Source: Botryllus schlosseri
Lineage: Eukaryota
DNA: 64,000 nucleotides
Direction of reading: 5' to 3'
Assembly (NCBI GenBank): GCA_051294905.1
Contig: CM119385.1
Location: forward strand, 14,942,001 to 15,006,000
Shown here: piece after piece, positions 50,232 to 64,000 of the stretch
Position numbering within the stretch: the stretch's first letter is position 1
Layout: every line of letters begins with the position of its first letter
Program-made: the position numbers and the translations under genes
Notes under the pieces: generated by a model
Told to the model about the DNA's origin: nothing
Databases searched by the model: none
What the model saw: the letters and a program-made list of their open reading frames with translations, nothing else

Positions 50232-50337
50232 CAGAGGTGATCAAGTAGTGTAAAGAACTTCTACTTCTACTTGTAATTGAATATATATATACGGCGTTAC
50301 TCCTACTTCTACTTTAGCAGAGCTTCGACCGCCTCTG
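50232..50337. mobile_element. Short degenerate MITE (cagaggtg family), 106 bp
   Basis: cagaggtgatca ... cgaccgcctctg with cttctact repeats; no TSD. Confidence 0.55.
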
Positions 50338-50965
50338 ATAACGGTAACAATACATTCTGTTTCCCACAGCAGCGCTTTAACAACCCACTTACAGTTGAAA
50401 GCTTCAAAACTTCAACCCTCAACAATAAAACATTTATCCAACATTTAAAGGCTCAAAGCGCATCATTACAAAGCCCAATAAATCCTGTTCAAAGAGTTCG
50501 CGCAGACTTAGCTATACCAAATCGGATCAGACACAAAGGGGCGCGATCGAATTTTATTCGTAACAACCTCTAATTTGCACCGCCACAGTGTCTCAGAGCG
50601 TTGAATTTGGATCGGAGACAAAGCCCAGGTAAAACCAAGTACCGGTTCTCTCTAATCTCTCATCCGATTTTCATGGTTTCACGATATCACCGTCGGACAT
50701 TATCGAATTGCAACTATGTGTCTTGACATGTCATCCGCAAGCATCCGCGCGGTAATCGTCAATCCTGGATAGAAAGCGATCACTCAAAACTGCGCAGGGG
50801 AGTCGACGCGGGGCGCATGTTAGGGAATCTGGGCAATAACGCAAGCTCTAATTCACATCGGAAATCCCTTAGTCTTTCAAGTCTTCAGGCTAAGAAGCTT
50901 CGCAGTGACCGACCCAGACGGATGAGAAGCGTCTACATTGTCGAGTACCGAGTGATCGCGTAGAT

Positions 50966-52255
50966 CAGGAGTGTCAAACATACGGCCCGCGAAGCAATTC
51001 TGAGTAAATTGAAAAAATCCCTGTATCATCCAGCACATTTCTAACAAATGTTGAGATATATTATAGCGAAAAATACTTTCCATAAGAAAATGTTAAGATC
51101 ATAGACCACATTATATTCATCCGACAGGGGTGTTATGGTTTCACTCTAGACACCACCAGGAACAACTTGGTGACATTGACATCCAATCCAATTCCCAAAA
51201 CTTGAAAAAGTGCACACTAAACCATTTTTATGGAAAAATAAGGATAAAAGTAGTTATTCGCGAAACGAAGAAGTTATATGCAGGTCGCATGGACAATATA
51301 ATAGTTATAATACAGTATAATTAATGGTCGCACAGAGAAACCCGAAACACGATTTATGATAATCAGCCAAATTCTAACGTCCGCGTTTACAGTTAAATCT
51401 CTTCTATTCCTCATGACGCATACGCAGAGTTAACACGCCGGATTAAGACTGAAACAAAGGGAAAATAGACATTAGCCAACTTATTCCGTCGCTAGAGTCA
51501 GTGTTTTAGCGGTTGAATTCAAACTAGTAAACTTCGAATTTTTGCTAAAATTTCGTTGTTTGCGAATAAATGTGTTGCTGGTGAATACGACCCTATAATG
51601 TAATGTAACATACTATTATGAACACAGGACTGATAATTAGGGTTGGGCACAATGATTCGAGTACTCGAATCTGAATCGAGTATTAATTTTAATGATTCGA
51701 GTCGAGTAGTAAAAGACGATTTTTTCGAGTACTGAAATTACACGATCCTCGCGACTGAAAGTTAATTAACTAACGAGAATTCTATTTTTGATAATATTTT
51801 CCACTGAGGAAGCCTTGAAACCTTGATTGGCCGTGTCGTAGCATAATAGACATAGTACAAAGCTACGATCGTGACTGGAAATAACACATTTCCGAAGTCA
51901 TGATCGTTCCACGACATTGTCAAGAAGTGCAATGAAGTCGGTATGGTCGAAAAATTACCAAAGTATAATTAATGTGACGGGTAGCAGGCATTATGTTCTG
52001 CGTGGTGGCATAAAAGGTAGATATTTGAACTTCGGCATAGTACATTCTGTTGTGACATCATAATGAGTGATACTCGAATACTCGACTCGAAGCATTTTAC
52101 GTGATTCAGAATCGAATCACTCAGGTACTCGATTTTGCCCAGCCCTACTGATAATAAGGTATTCAAGCGAAAAGCAAGGTCGTACATTTTGAAGTAATAA
52201 ATTGGAACCATTTGACTGGTCTGACCCGCGACGCAAGTTGAGTTTGACACCCCTG
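50966..52255. mobile_element. Charlie-like hAT element hosting the 51638 MITE
   Basis: Ends caggagtgtcaaac / gtttgacacccctg; flanks gcgtagat / gcgcggat (6/8). Confidence 0.7.
51638..52147. mobile_element. hAT MITE, 510 bp (tagggctgggc family), inverted relative to 49089-49565
   Basis: TIRs tagggttgggca / tgcccagcccta; perfect TSD ctgataat. Confidence 0.93.
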
Positions 52256-52823
52256 GCGCGGATCGTCAATGATATTCTTAAGAAGCGTTTGCACTCAAGT
52301 AGAATTGAAAGTAGTCCAAAATCAAAACAACTGGAGCTAGGCAATACCTATACTCGATTACTTCGAAAAAGTTAAAGTACTTCGTTACTGGCCGCCTCTG
52401 CTAACAAATCCACGCCTTCTGGACGCGTTTCTGAACTAAAAAGTAGCACAAGTCAATCTCTGCGAAGGTTTTGCTGTCTCCTGTCCAGGTTCTACTGCTC
52501 CGGCAGCTGCGACGGCGTACGGCCCGAACGCATACAATGCCGGGCTGCGCAATTCCACTTTGCGGCGAAACCAGAAACGAGAAAGTGCACGAGCGAACGC
52601 AATATCTCAAATAACGTTCTCACGGCCGTTTTCCGAGCGCGTTCGGAATACGCGGAAAAAACGCTTGATGACAGAGGAACCGGAACGGATTCTAGCAATT
52701 CTCATAGGCGGCGTATTTGCAGGCGTGTCGCTCACGAAATAACCAAATTCTCTTCAAACTCAGAGATTGCTCATTGTTCATTGCCCACACCAGACTAGAT
52801 ATTATGTCGTTAGCGAAACTCAC

Positions 52824-52860
52824 TTTTTAAAGGTTTACTTGATTTTGAATATACTTCCAT
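52824..52860 (-). other. Candidate alternative first coding exon of MRTF (MEVYSKSSKPLK + 1 nt)
   Basis: ATG in G(-3)/G(+4) context, 12 codons plus 1 nt, then A|GTGAGT donor in phase 1, which is the phase needed by the RPEL1 exon at 45431. No homology or expression support. Confidence 0.25.
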
Positions 52861-54017
52861 TCCCCGAAGTGGCCACGCGATAAGTACCACACTGCTATTG
52901 AAGAGCCTGGAAATCTTTCGCTGATGGACATAAAACAAGTTTTCAAACATCTATGCCGCGATTTAAAGATGACACGGACACGCGACTTGAACCCTTTTCG
53001 GGACGTTCGGCGGCTGGTCAATGTGCTCATGCACAAACCCTTTTCATGTAGGCCAGCTCTTCAAACAGGCCATATTATAGGTTTGTCGAGTCAAGCATTC
53101 GAATATCATTTATTATGACGTCATGACAGTAATCACGACTTTAAAAATTAAAATATGCAGGGCTACAAGGAAACTGTTTCCAGTAACACGTCATCCAACA
53201 CAATTCACCTGTTTACGAACCATGACTATTTCAAAGCGCTTTCTGGCCATTTGTGAGGCCCGTTCACCACTTGACAGCAATGTCGTTCCATGAATATTCC
53301 TAGTTTTATGGAACATGTTTTTAGATACTGAGATACCGCTAACCGAGGTTTCGAGAATCCAGCGGTGGAAATGAAGTGTAGGAACTATATTTTTCTTTGA
53401 TAAAATACATTCGTCTTCGAGTGTAGAGGCGCATGTTTTCGTTACTCGGCAAAATCGACTCTCCCCACTCGAGCACTGAAAGGGTTCTGCCCAGCCGTAA
53501 TAATGGATGAGCCAATTCGGCGTCGTGTTGCAAAGGCTGATTTTATACGCATATATAGCCGGGGACCATATTCGGCACACTACGACCGATCCATTAATAC
53601 ATCGACAGAGTCGTGACCGAAATCTATCCTCGCATGTTCATTGTTCATGTTCAAATATATATCCAGCGAACCCTGAAACTTACACGGCTAAAATGGGATC
53701 TACATTTCTTCCAATCACGCAACGCGGTTCCAAAACATCAGTGATGGTTTAGGCGCCGTCTGCCGTCGTCCACAAAACATAACTTTTACCTTTTAAGAGT
53801 GTTTGTGACCATGCGAACACGATTTGACGCAGGTCTAAATAAGCATGACAGTTTCCGAGTATACGCCCGGAACCGCAACCCTTTTGTAGCCAAAACTATC
53901 TCTAGAATCCGCAACATGTCCGATTGCGGACAACGGGCACTTTATTAATAACTGCTGCACGACGCAAGGTCAATGGACCCTGACTAGAAAATAAATCCGA
54001 TAAGCGTTGTCTCGACG

Positions 54018-54209
54018 CAGAGGTGGTCAGTAACGAAGCACTTGGACTTTTTCGAAGAATTCGAGCAGATTTTGCCTACTTGTGCCACTTCCAGTCAACG
54101 GTTTTCAGTTTTTACCCAAAACAAGGGCAGAAAAGCTTACTTTTTACTTACTTGGAAATGGCTACTAGTCCTACTACTACTTCGACAATGATTCCTTGGA
54201 TCGCTTCTG
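54018..54209. mobile_element. Degenerate cagaggtggtca-family MITE
   Basis: Starts cagaggtggtcagtaacgaag (matches the 14800-14819 end); far end decayed; no TSD. Confidence 0.6.
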
Positions 54210-57200
54210 CAAATCAAACACCGCCCGACGAATGGTAGCTGACTTGGACAACTAGCCAATTATTAAAGAGCGAATTGGCGGTAGTCTAATCCTAATCTAA
54301 TTCGTGAAATGTTCCTATGCTCCCATTTTATTTCCGATCAGAATTAATTCCAATTTCCAAGTTTTTATGAATACAGTAATTCTAACTATAACATAATTTG
54401 GAAAATACTTTGTAGCTATTACTTATAATTGTAATCTTATTTGGAGAAGTTTTCCAACTCTGCATGGTAGGCAATCTGAGGATATTTGCGGCGTTACGCA
54501 AAACGCCCACGTCTTCCGTTTGCCATCGTATCCCGCAATACAGATCGGCATTACGGCACCCCCGCAAACGGCTCAGTCACGATCAACCCACTAAGCAAAT
54601 TTACACTGCAATTACGGATTCTTCTATTTTTAGTAAGACCGATCGCAAAATGCAGTCGCTTTCATAGGGACCTGCTTGCCACGAATATACGCTATTCGTC
54701 TTGCGTACATCCCAGCTATGCATATAGCCGCTATCAGTACTTAGCATACAGCTTTCTCCAGCGCGGGACATGCTACGTCACACTCGTAAAGGAAACGGCC
54801 CGTGTATAATGAGACAAGAAATGCAAACAAAGTCGCCCAATGTTCGGCGAGGTTTTTGAATTCCCCCTATCGACGGCAAACGTCAACTTGAGCGCGAGTG
54901 TATTTGCATTATTCTGCAGACCATACGATTGCTGATAGGTTAGTCGGAAACGGTACTGATAAAACTGTTTGCAAGCTACATTGATGACGTGGCAGTATTG
55001 AAAATCCAACGTCAGGGCACACCCCTGAAAATACAAATCTACCCGTGGTGTTTTGATCCCAAATTGGATGAAATAAGGTTGCCGACATATCTACTACTGG
55101 TACATAATATATGATACATAATTTCATCGTTCGATATGCCGCTATTCTGTGGAATGACCGCTCACAGCAGCGCGATACGGTGCCGACTTATTCGAAATCT
55201 TCATAAGGACAGGAATTATCCGTCACGCCGCATCGCACTCGAAGAGTAAATCCCAACACCATGTCCAACGCAACATGACAAGCCAATTTCACGGTGCTAA
55301 CACGCCTAATCCATTACTTGACAATGTAAATATCGTTTAATGAAATCAAGACATTCGCCATTGGAGTAAGACCCGACTGTCATTCTACATCACGTAACGG
55401 ATTGTTTTCCGATCATTCAATATTACACGGGACAGTCCAAAGGTATAAGCTTGCGTTCAACTTCACGATAAAGCAAAAATCGCTTTAATCCAAGCCGTGA
55501 TTTGGTCACGGCGGTCGCGCGTGAAAGCCGACAAATATTTCTACCCCGCACCAAAATAGACCAACCCGCAGACCCTTAAAACAACAGCGCGCTGTATTAT
55601 CCTTCCTTTGAAGCGACGCATCCGCAAAGTCAAGGTTACAAGGCGTCCGCCGCGCGATTTCATTGGCTTCGAGACGCCTGCCTACGCTTGGCCCTCCGGC
55701 GTCCCCCGGGACAATTTTAAGCTACTTTCCTCATCGCAGATTAATATACGGAACAACAATGAAAAACGAGCGCACAATCAATTCACAAAAAGCGACAACA
55801 CGATTAAATAATGATATCGAAGCTGCTTATAGAAACATCGCATCAGAACGATTGTAACTACGGCTGCTTCACGGCAAGCGTATTGGCGCTTGGACACTGT
55901 AAACTACATTGGAGTAGAGTCAGTTAATCAGGTAAGAGATAACTAATAAAACCAGGCAATAAAGGTTTTTGTCATAGCGTTGCCAGATTAAAATTATGAA
56001 AACATGCCACCATCGCCCCAAGATGATGCCAAATTCAGAAATATTGATGAATAATGTCAATTGTGTGAATAATATCTGAAAAAAGCTAAGATGCTTTATA
56101 GCTGATTAGTGATTACTTCACAGCTTTTCATTACATTTTCTTGCCAAGAGCATTGTGCGACAATGTTCACATCACTTTATTAAGCGAAATATTCTTTATT
56201 TTGCAATAGTGATGACTTCAAGAAGTGTCACAACATTTCTAAGGCATCTCTATGCACGGAATTTATACGTTCTTGCAATAGGATGTCAGAGAAATACCGT
56301 GTCATTAAGATTAAATTCATTCGGTGGCGAATCATGAAAGATATACCAAATTCGAGCCTTATGCCAAGCCAGAAAATAGTCAAGACAAACGCATAGCAAG
56401 CGGGCACTTTATGCTGTACGGCGCGCATACCTAATCCAGACGATGTATGCTGTCTCTGCTATTTGACCGACAGATTGACTCACACATTACGACACCCTCC
56501 ATCACAAACCGAGCTATGGCGCATGCCCAATTCAAATTAACCAATCGCGTTAAAGTCCATTACACAGATCGTGATCCATTACCGCTTCCATATCACGCAG
56601 ACTACAATGCACGACGAATGCCAGCTAAGTGACGACACGTCGCTATCACGGTTTTGGTTCAGAAGTTCGAGTCAAGGTCACGTTACAGTAACACCGCCGC
56701 GACGAATTTTTGAAAGCGGTACGGTACTCTCGCAAAAGTGGCAACACACATCCCGCTTACTGTACACACGGTGATGACGTAACGCCTATTTTAAAGTATG
56801 ACCGGGAAGGCTGGAACGCGTAGTCAATTAGCGTCTCGGTGGAGCAAGGCGTGATGGTATTCGGGATAGTTGGTGCGGTTGCAAATGTCACATCTCAACC
56901 AGGAGGGAAATTACTGGTTTGAATTGATGCGCCGGTCAAACCGAAATCGAATTTTGTCTCCGTGATCTACTCAAGATCATCTTCGCCCTACACAAATTCA
57001 CGATACCACGGGCCACAGTGCTGCTAATATACCACACCGGCCGCCTACAAAACGGATACCAAGTGCATCTGGAAGGGCTAGAGAACAATATCACCAGCCA
57101 GAAAATTATCATATTATATCTCTCCACGGATAATTAGTTATTCCTTCTGCTACAAACTACTACGCGTACGTTTCTAAACCTGCTGATGGGTTCGGGGTAC

Positions 57201-58817
57201 ATAGCCTCAAGACAAGTGTTACTTTTTCGGCTCCGATTACAAGTTAATGGATGGGAGAAAGCGGCCTTATAATTCGAACATATCGAAGAAGGACCACCCG
57301 CAACGGCGTGGGCAGCAAATTACATTATAAATCACAGCGAACACAGACTGTTGCGTGAAATCTATCAATATCAAAATACACCATGCGAAATTCATAGTAA
57401 CGATATCGGCAAATCTACACAGAAACTACATCAAAACGCGGTATTTTACCGGATGCGCGGCGGATGACTGCATTGCGACGGTCCCAGCTGTATTGTTCCC
57501 GTCATAATAATCGCACTCGCGTATAAAATCAGTTCAATTTAATCTGCCCGTTAGATAATATCCTTGGTTAATCCCAGGGTCCCAGCCAATCAGTACCGAA
57601 TCAAGTGTAATGCGGCTGTCCGAGTTGAGTTTCAATTGAATTTTCAAAGATTTGAATATGAAGACTTTTTATCCGGATCCGGACATGCGGGGTTTCAACA
57701 AATCTGTATTTTCACTCGGGTGACAGATGAAATTGAATCGCTTCGCTTTCGATTATGGAATCAGAGCACACATGCATGTGACTGCAGCTGCAATATTTCA
57801 ATTTGAAATCTGCACTATAGCGAGGCGGAAGGCACCACTTCAGTTTTACATTAGGAACATCGTGATGTTAAAGTTTTGTGCGCCCAACCTAACTGTAGCG
57901 TAGCCCGCTAACTTGAAACTGGTTGTGTCTGTGAATTTTATCAACACGTGAATAAACACCGAAAATCTATGGCACCACGCCTAAAAATCAATACACAGTG
58001 TGTATTGCACACCCATAAACCTAATCATACCGAATGGCTGATATTAGCCAGGTTCGCCAGGCTGAGAAAGTTTTCCAGACATTACACACATTAAACATGC
58101 CAACGCACAGCTAATCCTGTCTGCTTAGGTGAGATAATTGCAATTTACGCTACATCGTGTTCCGACTAACTCGCTACATCATATTTCCGGTATCACACTC
58201 GACATTCTTGACTGTTTGTCTCAAGGGCCGCGCGCGGTATCTAACTTCCTCCGGTCAAGTATACGTTAAGAAGCTGCGTTTCCGTAAAATATATATGGGG
58301 ATGTCAAGGGCTCAAAATGACACTGCTCAATAATCGTTACTGGCAATATCGACGGTAGGATGGTAAATAATGCGGCACGGTAATCATTGTGAAGTTCTTG
58401 GTGTTAAGTTCGGGACGCATCGGGGTCCAGTTTTACCGGGTTTTTGTTCGAATTTCCGATTTAATTGGAGGAGTACGATACATTTACCACTATTTACTAT
58501 TTTCTGGTCCATTATACCGTGTCAGTCAAATTCGAGAGCAAAATTTAAAATACCATCGTAAAGTTAGCTTTACGGGTCACGAAAGCATCAACAAACACTT
58601 GTTGTTTACAATGGCGGCGCAGCACATCGCGACGAATATCTTAACACTGCGAGGCGTTGTCGGTCAAAGTTGAAACGGACCTACATTTTCGATGATATAA
58701 ATAACATGCATTGTATATCCACCGAGGAAGGCGTTGTTTTCTGCTGAAATCAAAATGCGACATAAATTCAATTAGAAGAGTTTTCTTATTTTGTAGGTAA
58801 AATTTCTTGTTTAAAGG

Positions 58818-59159
58818 CAGCAGTTCTCAACCTTCACACTTTGGGGACTAGTAACTTATAAAACATATACTATGTAAAGACGAAATTTAATAAATTTTGT
58901 TCAAAACATCCTGCGAGCTTTCAAATATATCAAGTATTGAAGGAATTATAGTCTACTTTCGAACAATTTGCTACAATACATTCTGCGCGCGCTAAGACCG
59001 AGGTAGACGACGAACTCTATACAGTAAGACACGATGCAGAAAGATACGTTCCAAATTTCACAATTAATATTAAATTCGGTGTTTTATCTTATATTTTGAA
59101 ATTGTTATATGAAATTTTAATATATTTGGTATATTTAGACCGGACTTCGGGGACCACTG
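58818..59159. mobile_element. Old Charlie-like MITE
   Basis: Ends cagcagttctcaacc / ggggaccactg; flanks tttaaagg / tttcaggg (6/8). Confidence 0.5.
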
Positions 59160-60200
59160 TTTCAGGGTATAAATGAGCTACCATACCTATCGTAACTAGC
59201 ACTGACGCCATCCGTCGCTAATGGATGCTTGTTAGCTCTACTATTTGTGATTTTAATTAGCGATAACCTTTTTTCATAGTTACGTCATTTGCTGCTTGAT
59301 TGCAAAACTCTTTCGGCGATCACGGCATAGATTTGGGTAACGTATCTGCGAGCCGACAGTTCAATCTTTGTGCAGTGTGCATTGTGCAATTCAAGCCTAG
59401 AAAGTTCACAGATAGCGGTTTCAAGTGCTTCATTAATAAGCAGATAGAGGCATCAGACATGAAACGTACCCAAGTTGAAAACCAAGAAATCAAGACACGG
59501 AGATTAGTTCACTGATGCTTAGATGGGTATTGGGTATAACACGCAAGCCATGGAACTGCTAACTTCCGTGAACACACCACAACAACACAATGGGAGAGTT
59601 AGTAACATCCCGTTCCTGGTATGCTCAATATGCCTCGATCAAAAAGAGACGCTATTCTACTACAATTCTTTAGTAAAACGGCTGTTCTCACGTGGCGAGT
59701 AATGAGCATCGTCAGTGTTTCGTCATCATCCAAAATAAATCACTAGCGTGGAAGCGGGTGCGCGTGCGGGGCCATTCGCCGAAAAAAGTATGAGTCGCCC
59801 AATTTACATCCTATCTATTCCAGTTAAACGACTGAAGACACAAAATGAGACGAGCCCTCACAGACGTACCAAACCCATCAAATACACTGCGGGTGATAAA
59901 CGAAATTCTCAAAACGTGATTGAATGCAGTAATGATGCGAGCGTCGTCGGTTTAAGTTTGATATCGGGCGGCATTCGCGTACAAACATGCCAGCAAACAC
60001 TCGTATATCATGCAGATTGCAGATGCATCGATCGAAATGTGCATGGGCGCCGCGTTGCCTAGCAGAGATGAGCAATGAAAAATCAACGATGAATTTTCTA
60101 GTCATGTCAAAACTACTTTCAGTGGAAATAGCAAATGAAAGGTATGTCGTCTATTCAAAGAGTAGATTTGGTCGCGGGGTCGCACACTTAGTGTATAATC

Positions 60201-60503
60201 CAGTGGTTCCCAACGTCGGCGATATCACCCCCAGTGAGCGATTTTGAGAAACAAGGGGGCGAAAATACCAAAGGGGCGCCTCGGGGCGAAAATGCACGTG
60301 AAGACCGCTTTTTCTGCATATGACGCGAAAAAGGGCTAAATCAACGGAAAGTAGACGCGAAATATTCACCAGCGATCAGACTCGCGTGAATAAACTGCGT
60401 GATTATATGTCCTCTTTCGGATCCGGAAACATGGGGGGGGGGAGCGAAAATTTGTGTCGAGATTGATAAGGGGGGATTAGTCGAAAAAGGTTGGGAACAG
60501 CTG
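60201..60503. mobile_element. hAT MITE of the 6653-7050 family, opposite orientation, 303 bp
   Basis: cagtggttcccaacgtcggcgatatcaccccc matches the reverse complement of the 7050 end; other end ggttgggaacagctg; ggggcga arrays; flanks 5/8. Confidence 0.75.
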
Positions 60504-63500
60504 GCTCAATCGAAGGTGGCTATTTTCGAAAGTGCAAGCTAATTAACGTCACTACAAGGAACCACAATCTTCGAAAATAATACAGTTACCGTGATACATG
60601 ACAATTTCACTAATAATGTGAAGCAGACTTATCATAAAACTACTCAATACTTTACCTAAGGTAAAGTGTAAAATATAATAGCGAGTAATTTTGCGAAAAA
60701 AACTGTTCAAGTGGAAATGGAGGAAGCCTAATAACATCACCACTTGAGTGCGTATTGGAAGCAGACAAAACAAAGTCGAGTACCGTACTCCGAAAGAGCA
60801 GTACTTCGCTACTGATAAAATTTGTCCAAACCCCGTCTCTGCCGGTATGCAGCGTCCTACCCTATAATGTACACGTCAAAATCACAACCGCAAACCACTC
60901 GTGCGCGCCTAACCTCGTTTAATATCTTCGTACTTATTCTCCTCTGGGTCACATTCCGCCTCGTCTCTTATCACCGCTCGAGGGTGCATATCTGTAGGCA
61001 GCGATAGGTCTTGCGAAAAGTAAAGAGAAAGGCAGCTTTAAGACGGGAGGACTTAATCCGCTACACCTAGCCTCCGAGGCTAGGAGGTCAAGTCAAGACG
61101 AAATCGAGACTCGAGAAGAATGAGCTAAGGCAGAATCGCGCAAGGTTCACATTATGTAAGTGCCGACATAAAGCCTGCGCTACACGACTGCGCATTGCGC
61201 ATCTGACAGCGCACAACTCCGGCGGCACTTTAGCATAAACAAACAGTAAATATCTTCCCCTGGGACTGGGAAGCCTTCGCTGAACCGCTGACGGGTGAGC
61301 GCATCAGCTGGGCGTAGAAATCTGCTTTTCTGGGAATACGTGCTGTATGGCGCTGTTCTGGCAGGGCTAAAATCGGAAGACAGCACGGGGGTGTCAAATC
61401 TAACCTTCCATGCTTTTTGGCGGTTTGTTGAAAATTCAAACAATGCTAAATAAGAGATATAAAACGAAATTTTATAGTGAGTAAAATCCGCGTCACGTTG
61501 TCGTAACGTTATTAATAAAGCACATATCGACAACTCTAGCCTTCGCTTCAGATTGATTACTATTATGACGTCACATACTGACAGTGTAACGACCGTGACG
61601 CACCGGTAAAGGAAATGTCCGACATATGCGAAAGTTTAGCGTCGAGCATATCACTTCCGGGTTGACAACATGCGCAGGAGCGCAAAATATGTATGCGAAT
61701 TCCCTAGTTAAAACGGCCTAATTCTTATGATGCGACGACCACCAGTTTCCGATGTGATGTGATGTGTCCACGAATGACGACAGCGCATCACATACCGCAA
61801 GAAAGTCGTCATGGGCTCGCTTGTTGTAATACGATCATAGGACGAACACCATTAATCAGATGTGTTTTGACGTTCACTTGCACAAGCACTCGAATAATCA
61901 TTTATCACATTTTCCATACGAGGCGCATAAGAAAAACACTGGCTTGCGAAGGATTGCGGGAAAAAACGCGAGCCGAATGCGGCGCCTTGTCGCCTCTGGC
62001 GACAGGACATAGCAACCCACGCCTGCCGCCGTATGTCGTGAATTTAGCAGCGAAAACGATAAAATACACGAGAGCTGGGAGGTGAAACGATGCTCAGATT
62101 CATGAGTAAGTCACGTTGAAGTGTCAATATCATGTGTTTCAAAAACAAGGCTTACACAATAGTTTAAGACTCATAGATTGTCCAATTGATATTTAAATTC
62201 AGGGTAAACTCAATTCCAGCTGATTCACGATAAAAAAAAAATTTCGCTTAGTCCTCAGTAAGTTCAAGATCCCCGAAATGTCATAATCATGAATAAATTG
62301 TACGTAGTACCGGTCTACATTGCGATACACAGGTATTGTTCAATTCAATTCCACACCTATAAATACTAGTGCACGGTCGACAGGTTCGCAATAATGTTCG
62401 TTAAATATGTCGCGAACGAAATTTAGGAAGTAAACCACATTGGTTCAGTTTTGCTCTGAAGAACGATCGGCGGTAATGTGCGACAAGTACCAATACCACA
62501 CACAAAATACGAGCGGCAAAAAAACGATGGAATTTTCCGATTTTTCAAGCTTCGAATCTCGTAGTGGGTGACTATTATGTTCGAGTTCTGAAATTACACG
62601 GCCCTTGGCAGTAAGAGCTACATCACTATCAACGATAATTTTAGTTTTGATAGTTTCTTTCCTTCGCGGAAGCCTTTGAATCTAAATATGTTGTAGCACA
62701 GCATTAAAAACATGTATAACTCAAAGCGACGCATCTTAGTGGAAACGACATTTCCGTTCAAGTAGCGACCAATCCGCCACATTCTCACAGAGCGCAATGA
62801 AATAGGTATGGTCGAAAAATATCAAATTATCTTTGATGTGCTGTGTACATGGTATCATTTTCTTTACGGTCGCTAAAGGGCACATATTCGAGCTTTTCCA
62901 ACCACACAATGTTTTGGCGTTGGGCTTTCGACCAGCCCTAACGTAAACGCAACACATCAGCGTTCGTAACAGACGCATCAGAAAAAACGTGCAATTTCAT
63001 ATTACTCAGACCGCTTTAATCCTAATTCGCACCAAATGCCTCGGAGACAGTCAACCAACCGCCGGACCCGCGTGACTCTCGTAAGGCAACACGCCCAAAA
63101 CGACAGCGAATCGTAATTCAAACGACAATTGCACCCTGCGCAAATCTTTCAATTACCTGGAATCCGACACCGGCAGGCTATGGCTAATGCCACGTCATCG
63201 ACCGAGAGGCGACTTCTGCTACGTCATGCGTGCGAAAACGTCACGCGGCGTGACTGGGGTCAAGCAGGCTAACGAGGAAAATTCCAAGTTACGCTTTGCC
63301 TCACATGAATGTTTATTCAGGGTCGATCCAGCGTCATACACTACGTGTAATATCCTTGTATCACAGTTGTCAATGCGCATAATGACTAATTGCTCTTCGT
63401 CAACTTTCCTACATGCTTTCATTTCCGCGTGTGGACCAAAAGATGAAAACATTTGGGCCTTCCTCTGGCATACGTTACAAGCACCGTTGGACAGGGGGCA

Positions 63501-64000
63501 CAGTATAATATTACTGTTTTCTTCTTCTAATAAGCAGCATGAGGGGCTTGCGACCAAAACTCGGACAATTAGGCATGGGCACATATTCGTTCCGCGACTT
63601 ATTTCGTAACGAATAATTTCCATTCAATCTTCGAATCCTCGTACCCTTATCACAGCATCTAAATCGCATTCAACAAAGCGACAGTCGATCATGCGAACAC
63701 CATTTGTGCCTAGTGACGACTTGAAGACAGGGTCGTCTGTAGAAACTGTTTCTGCAGCGCATTTTTCGGCTGTCCAAATGCAACATTTCACACAAATCCA
63801 GAGTATTCGGGCACAAAACGAAATTGCCAAATGTTTTTTTATACCAATCCATTTACGGGAGTATTTATGAGTTTATGACGGATATTACAGAAAATACTCG
63901 GGACACCAATTTCAGACTAGGAGTTAAATAACCTGATTTCTATATGTCGCCCTGCTGATACCAAGTGGCACTACCGGTACCAGCTAAGAGATTCTCGATC

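Noticed and set aside
53191-53580. 129-codon ORF ending at a CAG|GTGAAT donor
   Set aside because: The donor is phase 0, incompatible with the RPEL1 exon; no motif recognised.
63390-63450. HAE motif suggesting a cytidine/adenosine deaminase
   Set aside because: The required downstream PCxxC zinc-binding motif is absent.

Overview
Animal genomic DNA with spliceosomal GT-AG introns, some only 61-64 nt. It is most likely from an invertebrate chordate such as an ascidian; this is inferred from gene and intron style and is not proven. Three minus-strand protein-coding genes are supported: the first 7 coding exons of an SLC38A10-type amino-acid transporter (3079-8573; the rest was not found and probably lies off the left edge), an intronless YIPF5 (10715-11491), and a 19-exon MRTF/myocardin-family SRF coactivator (27509-46820, 1181 aa by my splice model). 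Introns and intergenic DNA are crowded with non-autonomous DNA transposons, mostly hAT-type MITEs; nine have perfect 8-bp target-site duplications (TSDs). There is also a five-element nest at 13.0-15.4 kb, a decayed ~8.6-kb CMC/EnSpm-like element (15547-24116) carrying a spliced DUF4806-like ORF remnant, and LINE 3' fragments. No rRNA, tRNA, CRISPR or prokaryotic system was seen, and I found no clearly new multi-gene system. The most unusual signals come from comparing two copies of one repeat: (i) ultra-short 18-28 bp palindromic insertions flanked by TSDs, with the empty site visible in the other copy, and (ii) repeated TA -> TA(GGC/GCC/GGCC/GGGCC)TA micro-insertions that look like excision footprints of an unidentified GGC-ended transposon. 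Protein family assignments are from memory of the homologues; no searches were run.
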